DNA of 60,466 bases, filler included, from Jimgerdemannia flammicorona (lineage: Eukaryota): assembly GCA_003990765.1 (NCBI GenBank). It is 3 parts of 3 records of this genome, joined end to end, with 100 filler letters (N's around TTAATTAATTAA, not from the genome) between each part and the next. Parts side by side here need not be neighbours in the genome. Positions count along the whole stretch, not along the records: positions 40,381 to 60,466 come from RBNJ01001764.1; 2 more parts are not named here. The stretch is one strand, 5' to 3'. Both the position numbers and the translations under genes were made by a program. The notes below the pieces were generated by a model. The model was not told where the DNA came from, did not search any database, and saw only the letters and a list, made by a program, of their open reading frames with translations. Shown here piece by piece: positions 51,865-60,466 of the stretch. The stretch's first letter is position 1. The number at the start of each line of letters is the position of its first letter.

Positions 51865-53857
51865 TGTAAGAGGGTTATTTTATTAAAATACCATTACATA
51901 ATTCTGAAAGACTATATTCTTAAGATCAAGATCAATTTTATATAGAGTATATCCTCTATATTTATTGATTTTAAGATTGGATTAATATTTCAACCAAAGT
52001 TCTTTTTTGGACTTATTCTGGATATTCAGGAGGTTTTATATTTCAGAAAGTTTAAGAAACTAAGACCAGCTTAGTTGAATTGATATATTGCTATAGATAA
52101 TATCTAATTAAGAAGTTTCAGGATCTAGTTAAGAGTGGAACCTAATAAAGTATAAATTTACTTCAGAGTAGTTTGTGGATTATTAAATAGGTTTATTCAC
52201 TATTTATAATATTATTATACTAGGAGTAGTGTGTAAAAGAATATTTGTATAGGAAAGTGTTCTTCTGAATTCTTGTCTATATTTCTGTCTGAGTTTTTAA
52301 GATCTGAGAGAGTAGATATTTATACTAATGGAAGGCTATCTAGACTATACTAAATATGGATATAGTATATAGTACAAGTGTGAACTAATATATCAAGAGA
52401 TCATCTGACTGATGAGTCAGTTATAGTTATATAGTATAAGACTAATCTAACTATACTAATAACTGTTAAGCTATCTATAGGTTTGGATATTCTTCAATAA
52501 AATCATCATTAATGATATCATCTCAGATGAAGTAGTTATCTAAGAAGAGTGATTCTTGGATTATATCTCTCTGTTTATTTATATAGTAATAGATTGAAAC
52601 CATATCACTATTTTATAGAATAGCATTATCTTCTCATATACTAGATAGGATGTCAGTAGGTGGAAAAGGGGTATATCATTCTTACTTTCATTGAATTTAC
52701 TGTTAGTATACCTTTGGTAGATTATAGTACTATATAATGTAAAGTTGTAGTATACTGATAACTGTGGTTCATTTTATTCAAAATCAGGAGGTGGGGTTGT
52801 TGGTTCAATCTTGAGGATTGTCTGAAGATATAGGTTATATTCTCTAGTCTCTTTATTATAGTTGAAGTAATTGGACATAAATGCAGATTAATACTTATAC
52901 TAGTAGTCATTATCTCAATAGATCTCATAGATACATAGTTATAAACTATTGTAAGTTCATTAACAAGATTGGTAAGGTGATCAAAGTTGGCAGAGATCTT
53001 TAGCTAGAGGTCATATTGGTATCAGAGAGATCATTATCTTCTACTTTATTGTTATTAAACTGAATTATATTATAGACATCCTTTATGGTATATCCAACTT
53101 AGAGTATTTGTAGAATATAGTCATTAGAATATAAGAAGAGTCTGTCTATGGTTTGGATATATTTGATATACTTATAGTTGAGTTTTTATATTATATCATT
53201 AATTTGACTATAGGTTAAGATAGCAACTATTTTAGCAGTAATAACTCAGAGATAGAGAATAAAGATACTGTACTTATAAAAAAGTACTCAGTATTTGTAA
53301 ACAATGAGTTTCTAGTATTAAGATATCTCAGTAATATCTGTTTTATAGTAGTGGCTAACTATATCTTTTAGAAGATAACTAATCTGATAGTAGCTTGAGA
53401 TTTGTCTGATTCAGTGAGTCTTACTAAGCATATTCAGAGAATTCTATTGAGCTTCTATAAAATAAAGAGATACTAGATTATGAATATTCATAAAGAATAG
53501 AGAAGCTGTGGCTCAGTTGATAATGGCATTCTAAATATCAGTATAGATATAGTTGTAAACTTTAATGGTCATATTTGGATATATATTTAAAAGTTATAGT
53601 TATTTGTCTGATTTGTTATAGTTCTTCATTTTGATATGTTTATATATTTGGTATATATACTTTTAGTCTTGATTGATAAGGTTCTATTTATGTAAATCTT
53701 TTATTTTGTAACTTTGAGTTGACTTAGCTTTATGATCTATAACTTCAGTATAATCTGTAACTTTAGTTTAACTCAGCTTTATAATCTTGCATATGATTTA
53801 CAAATTTATTCTGAGAGTGATATATGATTTCAGTGGCTTAGAGATTGTATACTTATA
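51865..53857 (-). mobile_element. Full-length family X solo LTR, hypermutated
   Basis: Reverse-complement homologue of 3635-5697; TSD GTTTA (51860-51864 / 53858-53862). Confidence 0.85.
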
Positions 53858-53985
53858 GTTTACTAAGGATATAATAATAATAATTTCTTCAAAGAGGAGT
53901 TACTAGCAGGGTTCAAACCTTCTCTCAGCTAGTCAGATTAGTACTAAGACTCTTGCTCTAAATGAGATAGTCAAACCTCACTCAA

Positions 53986-55270
53986 TATAAGAGAGTACTT
54001 TATTAAGATACTATTATATAGTTCTGGAAGAGTTTTTAAGAAGTTCTAGATACTCTAAAAGACTGTTTTCTTAAGGTCAAGATTAATTTTATATTGAGTA
54101 TATCCTCTATACTTATTGATTTCAAGATTGAGTTAATATCTCAACCAAAGTCCTTTCTCAGACTTATTTTGAATATTTAGGATTTTTCTTATTTCAAAAA
54201 GTTTAAGAAACTAAGACTAGCTTAGTTGAATTAGCATATTGCTGCAGATAATATCTAATTAGGAAATTTCTAAATCTAGTTAGAAGTAAGATCTAATATA
54301 GTATAGATTTACTTAAGAGAGATTTGTAAGTTATTAAATAGATTTATTTACTATTTATGATATTACTATTGGTTAATACTATATAAGAGTAGTATATGAA
54401 GAGATATTTGTAGAGAAGTATTCATCTAATTCTTAGTTGTATTTTTACCTGAATTTCTGAGATCTGGGAGAGGGGGTATTTATACTAATGAGAGGCTATC
54501 TGAACTATACTAAATATGATTATAGTATTTTAGTACTTTGATAAGTCAGAATATAGTCATATAGTATAAAATATGAACTATCATATCAAAAGATCAACTG
54601 ACTGATGAGTCAGTATTCAGTCATATAGTGTAAGACTAATTTAACTATATTAATGACTGTTAAGCTATTTATAAGTTTATATACTATCTGAATACTCTTT
54701 AATAAGATTATTATTAATGATATCATCTCTGATGAAGTAGTTATCTAGGAAGAGTGGTTTTTGGATTATATCTCTTTATTCATTTATATAGCTTACTATA
54801 ATTTTACAATATAGTACTATAATTTACTGAAGATATACTGATAGTAAATCTGATAAAAGTGAAGATGAAATATCTCTTCTCTATCTACCAATACTATATC
54901 TAGTATATGAAACTGATGATATCATTCTGTAGAATAATAACTTTGTTTTAATATACTATTAATAGCTATTCTTCCTATTGCTTATACTCAGAATATAAGT
55001 GCACAATCTCCAAGCCACTAAAATCACATATCACTCTCAGAATAAGTTACTGAAATCACATGTAATCTCTAAACAAATCTAGAAATCACCTATAAGATCA
55101 TGAAGCTGAGTCAAACTGAAGTCACAGTACACAAAGCTGAGTCAATATAAAGTCATGGAATACAAGATTTATACAAATGGGATCTTATCAATTAGGACTA
55201 AATATATATATACCAAGTACTAAGATACATTGAAACAGAAAATCAAAACAAACCAAACATATAACCTATA
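53986..55270. mobile_element. Partial family X LTR pieces (minus 53986-~54790; plus ~54800-54960 and 54994-~55270)
   Basis: Direct similarity to ~4930-5697, ~4735-4900 and 3635-3900. Confidence 0.75.
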
Positions 55271-56748
55271 ACATTTTAGCATAGTTTATTTCTTTTCTCT
55301 GTCTTTCTTGAATATTCTATAATCTTCCAGAACTTTCTGTGTACTTAGAAATTCTCTGCTTGGCACTAAATATTAACTAGTACTTATTTAGCTAGTCATG
55401 GAATATCCTGGAAACTTATAGAACTTTATTTGTCATCATTTGTCATCTTTGCCAAGAACTTTTCTCTTGGCATTTTCTTTTGATTTCTCAGATCCTTCTG
55501 GATCCTTCTTTCAGATCTTGTATAAATACCCCCTTTGTTCTCATAAATAAAGTCTCAGAATATTTTCTCCCAGAAATCCCTTGAGAATACTTGAATCCTT
55601 AAGTATCTCTTTGAGCTACTTAGAACTACCAGAACTAGTCGCTTCCTCATTTAGAAACTAGAACTATTACACTTAATAGCAGCAGTTAAGTTACACCTAG
55701 CCTTATCAAGACACCTCTCAAGATATCAGTTACAATACTATAGAGGACAACAGGTGGAACCCTTCATACAGTACCTATAGTCCAGACAATTCCTCATACA
55801 ATTAGCAAGAAGAAGAGAAACAGCAAAACCCTACTCAGTCAAATGGGGCCATCAAGAGTCTTTTGTAGACTACATTAGCTCAGATTGCTCAACTTCAAAA
55901 ATGTATAGAAAAAAAGGAAAGCAAGGTCTCTACTCATACCTCTGCACCTCTACTGATATCAATACATCTGACAACAGTCACTATCAAGCCTCAGAAGCCC
56001 AATACCTTTGATGGTCAAAGAGGAGGACTGTCTACTGATGCCTGGCTTTTCCAATTGAAGCAATATAGAGAACTGACTAATTTGGAAGAAGCAATACTAG
56101 TCCAATTCACTGCTACACTCCTCTGAGGGAATGCTGTAATCTGGTGGTGAAATCATGTCCAGAATACCAGATTCTCTGGCTGAATCAAGACCTGGGATGA
56201 ATTCTCTAATGCTATTCAAAACCAATTCAAACCAGTCAACAGCACTAAGGCTGCGCAAGACTGTCTGGCAAATGTCAAACAACTCAAGTCTATGCAAGCA
56301 TATAATACACAATTCCTATCAATCCTACTAGAATTATCATATGTCACTGAAGACAAGAAGGTTGATAAGTACATCTGAGGCCTAAAAGGTCAAACCCGAG
56401 TTTGTATTGAACTAGAAGAACCCAAGGACCTAGATATGGCAATGAAAATTGCTGATAGGTTTGATATCATCACCTATAGTTATTGTTTCGACCAGAAGAG
56501 ACTGCCTTTTAACAACAACAACTACAGAAGGGAGGAATCCAAAGTTAGAACTATTGGACCTGCCCCCATAGACCTAGATACTATCAATAAGAATAAGATA
56601 GGCAAGCTTATATCTGAGGAAAAGGAGCACTTCAAGAAGGCTGGAGCCTACTTCTTTTATCATCAGCCTGGTCACATTGCAACTAAATGTCCCCAGAAAA
56701 CTGCCAAACCAAAGAGGATTCTGGTCCTGTTCAAAGACACCCAAGGTC
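55270..56748 (+). mobile_element. Ty3/Gypsy 5' LTR, decayed PBS and gag, truncated
   Basis: TATA/AATAAA; LTR end TTACA at ~55671; gag KP..FDG, A..WW, W..F, GL, GPAPIDLD, decayed CCHC (GHIATKCP). Confidence 0.8.
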
Positions 56749-57213
56749 CGGGCATAATGGGCAAGACAGGCATAATGGGCAAAACGGGCAAGATGGGCAA
56801 CACAGGCAAGATGGCAAGACAGGCGACATGAGCAAGACAGGCAAAACGGGCAAAACGATATGGGCAAGACCAGCAAAACGGGCAAGATGGGCAACATGGG
56901 CAAGACAAGACAGGTGACATGGGCAAGACAGGCAAAACAGGCAAAACGACAGGCAAGACGGGTAAGACAGGCAAGGTGGGTAACACGGGCATGACAGGTA
57001 AGATGGGCAAGACGGCAAGTCGGGCGACATGGGCAAGATGGGCAAAATGGGCAAAACGACACGGGCAAGACGCGGGTAACACAGGCAAGATGGGCAAGAT
57101 GGGCAAGACAGCAAGACAGGCGACATGGGCAAGATGGGCAAAATGGGAAAAATGACATGGGCAACCGGGCAACCAGGCAAGATGGGCAAGATGGGCAAGA
57201 TGGGGAGGCACTA
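56749..57213 (-). repeat. 9-bp GGCAAGAYR repeat array ending in a TAGTGC terminus (putative DNA-transposon subterminal region)
   Basis: About 50 imperfect 9-bp units; ends GGGAGGCACTA; CpGs partly retained. Confidence 0.65.
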
Positions 57214-57802
57214 ATAGGGGTAGGCCAGGTGCACTAGATGCCAAGTACTTGAGGTGGTTGGGGCTCACAACCCATACCCACTCTTGGGTGGGGCAGGCTG
57301 GGTAGGAGAATCTAGTTACTTGGGCAGTGAGGTCGCAACTCACATCCTAAAGGTGCTTAGATTGTTATTGGTTTGGAAATTGTAGTGTGAGAGTAGGGTG
57401 GGGTGAGATGCAGAATGTGGCTGCTGATATGGCATGAGGATTTTAGATAGTTAATAAATGGGGCTCCAGCCTATAGAGGAAAAAGATAGTGGTAGAGGTA
57501 CTGAGTGGCTATGGTGAAATAGTGGATTTTGGATTCACATTTTGGGAGAGCACCAAATTGAGAAACAGCAACTGTGAGGTAATGTTGTGACTAGAAGGCA
57601 AAGAGGCAACAGGTCTGAGATGAGATTGGTCTGAAGGAATTCAAGTTGGGAGATAGGAGTACAAGGTATAGAGAAGGAAGGGGATAGAACAGGAGGAGAA
57701 AGAGTTGGCAATTGCTCTAAAGGAGAGAGAGGCTGTGAAGGAGTTGAGAAAGAGGAAGTGGGAGGAGTTTGCCAAGAATTGGATCTGGATTCAGGTAGAT
57801 AG
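57214..57802 (+). mobile_element. LINE ORF1 fragment related to copies A/B
   Basis: VVEVLSGYGEIVDFGFHIWESTKLR vs VVEVVKEYGEIVDVGFKVWEGTELR. Confidence 0.75.
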
Positions 57803-59892
57803 TGTAATAGAATGAACAGATGAAATGCGACAAATGATCATGTGACCTGGCAATGATGTCATCATATGATCGAGCATGGTATATGATATTACAAATGATG
57901 CAAAATGATGTAGAAAACAATATCCAGCTTATCCCCAACAATCAGCACTGCAGCAACTATTGCCACAGCTACCGATCATTGCCTAGTAATTGAGGTCCTG
58001 AACATAAAGATATTCTTTACCAAAAAACACCTTACAAAGGTCGCGATCACAAACCTCATTATAGTTACCAAATTAGTCACTCATACTTAGTCAGAAATCA
58101 TAGACCAACTTGTATAAATACCCCCCAGTTTCCATCTGAAATAAAGCAGTTTTAGTTCAGTCCTTGATAAAAGAATCAAGTCCCCCCAATACACATACAT
58201 TTCCCTGAGTCTTAGTAATAACACCTAAGTAACTCTAGTGTTTCTGACTAAACTCCAGAAGCCTAGCTAACTTCTGCCAGAACTGAGACTGGTATATAAA
58301 TCTCCAAAGACTTAAGTAAACCCATTGAACCTGAATTCCAAGGCAAATTCAGTCTGTATATAGCAAAGAACAAGACCCTCCAAATAGGGCACAAGAGAAA
58401 GACCTTTGAAACAGAAGGCACTGCCGTTACAACTACTTATAAGCAAGCACTTCCTCAAACTGAAGGCTTCTTAGTACATATTATATACTAAGTCCCTAAG
58501 TAATAGTCTACTTCTCTAATTATCCAAAGGATAAGAGAGGGGTAGAAGTGAGAGTTATTACAACTTGGTAGCAGCAGATTACCAAGCCAAAAAGGTACCA
58601 AAGAACACACTCCTGAAGTTGGAACAAGACCAACCTTGGACAGGAGTAACCCTCAGAAACAACTGTGGATCCTCAAACCAGAGGCAGAGAAGCCCTTGCC
58701 ATTAGGACCAGGTGGTATCAGGAAACTACAGACCCAAGGACCCACCAGCTTGTAATTGACCAGGCTTACAAGGATCTATACCAGACCTTTAGGACATACC
58801 ACCCAGGACTTAGGAATATTGTCAGCTGCTGTAGGTTCTACAAACTCCTCCAAGGACACATTGGAACCACTAGGACCCCAGAATCTACTGCTGCAGCTAC
58901 CCAGAATTTTCTAGATTATATCACACCCCCTGCTGCAAGAGAAGCAGCTACCAAGTAGATTGCCTCTGACAGATATCATCATACCCCAACCAAGACCTCC
59001 CTCTACTACAGGCTAGTTGTATACTATGCCTCTGCTATAACCAGGTACAAGAACAAGCAAGCAGGCCAACCATCTCCTACTGCTGAACAAGGAGCAGGCC
59101 CATCTACCCAGCCAGAGACTGATATCCTCTTTAAAGGACCTAGTCAGTATGAGGATGCACTATCTCATCAGGGAAGGGAGTCAGATAAAGACTCTACAGG
59201 TTACCAGTCTGATGATAGCCAACAAGGAATAGCAGGTCTAGGAATTTACCAAGGAACTACAGGTCAAGAAGATCAGACCCCAGAACCAACTCAGCCACCT
59301 ATATAGAGATTTTATATACCCTCTCTCACAGGACTCTTTGATCTGATATCTGAGAATTAAGTAACTCCAAGTCATACAGCACCACAACCCCACCAAGCAG
59401 AACAATCTTCAGGAGAATCTACTCCAACAGGCCCACCACCAATAGTCAACATAATGGTAGATGCCAACATTATAGTACTGACCACCCAGCTAGCAGCACT
59501 AGCAGGGATAGTAGGACAGATTGCTGAACAGAACAAGCCAACCAAGACTTTGCAAATCCCAACATTCAGTGAAAAAAACAGTGACATTGAAAACTCCATT
59601 AATGCAGTTGACACAGGCTACTGAGCAAACCAATAGAATGATAACTGAGTGCCTATAGGAATGCTCACCAACAACCAGAACAGCACCCTTCAACAGCTGT
59701 TTGCCACATCAGCAGTACAAGTAGAAACAGTAGCTATATTCTTTACTGGAACAGCAGCCAAATTCTGGTGAACCTTAGAACAACACCCAGTAACCTGGGA
59801 AGTCCACCCCCAAGTCATTAGACAAGCTTCTACCAACAATAGACCAGGTTGGGACAACCATGAAGCAGGCCCAGAACTCAAGGCCTTGCTAC
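57803..59892 (+). mobile_element. LTR retrotransposon 5' part: 760-bp LTR (57803-58562), iMet-type PBS, degenerate gag
   Basis: TGTAATA...TATTACA termini, TGGTAGCAGC PBS just downstream, gag-like IPTFS...GTAAKFW. Confidence 0.75.
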
Positions 59893-60466
59893 TAGTGCAT
59901 CGCAACCCGAGCCGACCCGTGTACATATTTAACCCGACCCGGAATTATACGTCACCCGTCTTTAACCCGACCCGGAATTATACGTCACCCGTCTTTAACC
60001 CGACCCGGAATAATACGTCACCCGTCTTTAACCCGACCCGGAATTATATGTCACCCATCTTTAACCCGACCTGGAAACGTACGTCACCCGTCTTTAACCC
60101 GTCCCGGAATTATACGTAACCCATCTTTAACCCAACCCGAGAAATATACGTGACCCGACCCGAGAAATATATGTGACCCGACCCGTATTTAACCCGACAC
60201 AGACCCGTCTTTAATCCGCCTTTAAGCTACAAGGCACCAAAAAAAATATATTGCACATCTAAGATATATTTAGAATAAACAAACAGAAACATAATTAGGA
60301 ATCAGAAATCAAAATGAAATCGGAAATAAATAGGAAGTAAATCAGGAAAATAAAGAACTTACCGGTGTGAACAGATCTTACTCTTCATCGCTATAAACCA
60401 ACTGATCCTCCTCTTCATCGCTATAAACCAACTGATCCTCCTCCTTCTCATATTCCGAACCATCTT
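59893..60466 (+). mobile_element. Young hAT-like transposon end with ~6 x 33-bp subterminal repeats (TTTAACCCGACCCGGAATTATACGTCACCCGTC)
   Basis: Starts TAGTGCATCGCAACCCG; CpG-intact homologue of ~10440-11051; runs to the contig end. Confidence 0.7.

Noticed and set aside
56574..57343. Cys/His/Pro-rich ORFs as metal-binding proteins
   Set aside because: Translations of a 9-bp DNA repeat that is open in many frames.
59928..60130. 33-bp repeats as a CRISPR array
   Set aside because: Units are contiguous with no unique spacers, there are no cas genes, and the context is eukaryotic TE sequence.

Overview
Eukaryotic (fungal, probably early-diverging Mucoromycota-like; inferred from gene families, not proven) DNA. 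The window is three separate ~20.09-kb contigs joined by artificial N44-TTAATTAATTAA-N44 linkers (20091-20190, 40281-40380). Contig 1 holds nested L1/Tx1-like LINEs interrupted by a 2-kb ORF-bearing solo LTR, a hAT-like transposon end and an intron-rich PD-(D/E)XK (Crinkler-like) gene. Contig 2 has a small gene island (RtcA-like, TrhO/TSTD2-like, cupin pseudogene, membrane ORF, F-box gene) followed by hypermutated AT-rich retroelements. Contig 3 is a nest of transposons, including a complete Ty3/Gypsy element with dUTPase and an extra ORF3. Main finding: the same uncharacterised ~130-aa accessory domain is encoded as ORF3 behind integrase in the dUTPase Ty3 element and inside the U3 region of an unrelated, abundant 2-kb LTR family, and one LTR copy carries a different cargo. 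Repeats show graded CpG then CpA/TpG->TpA (RIP-like) hypermutation. Coordinates and alignments were read by eye.
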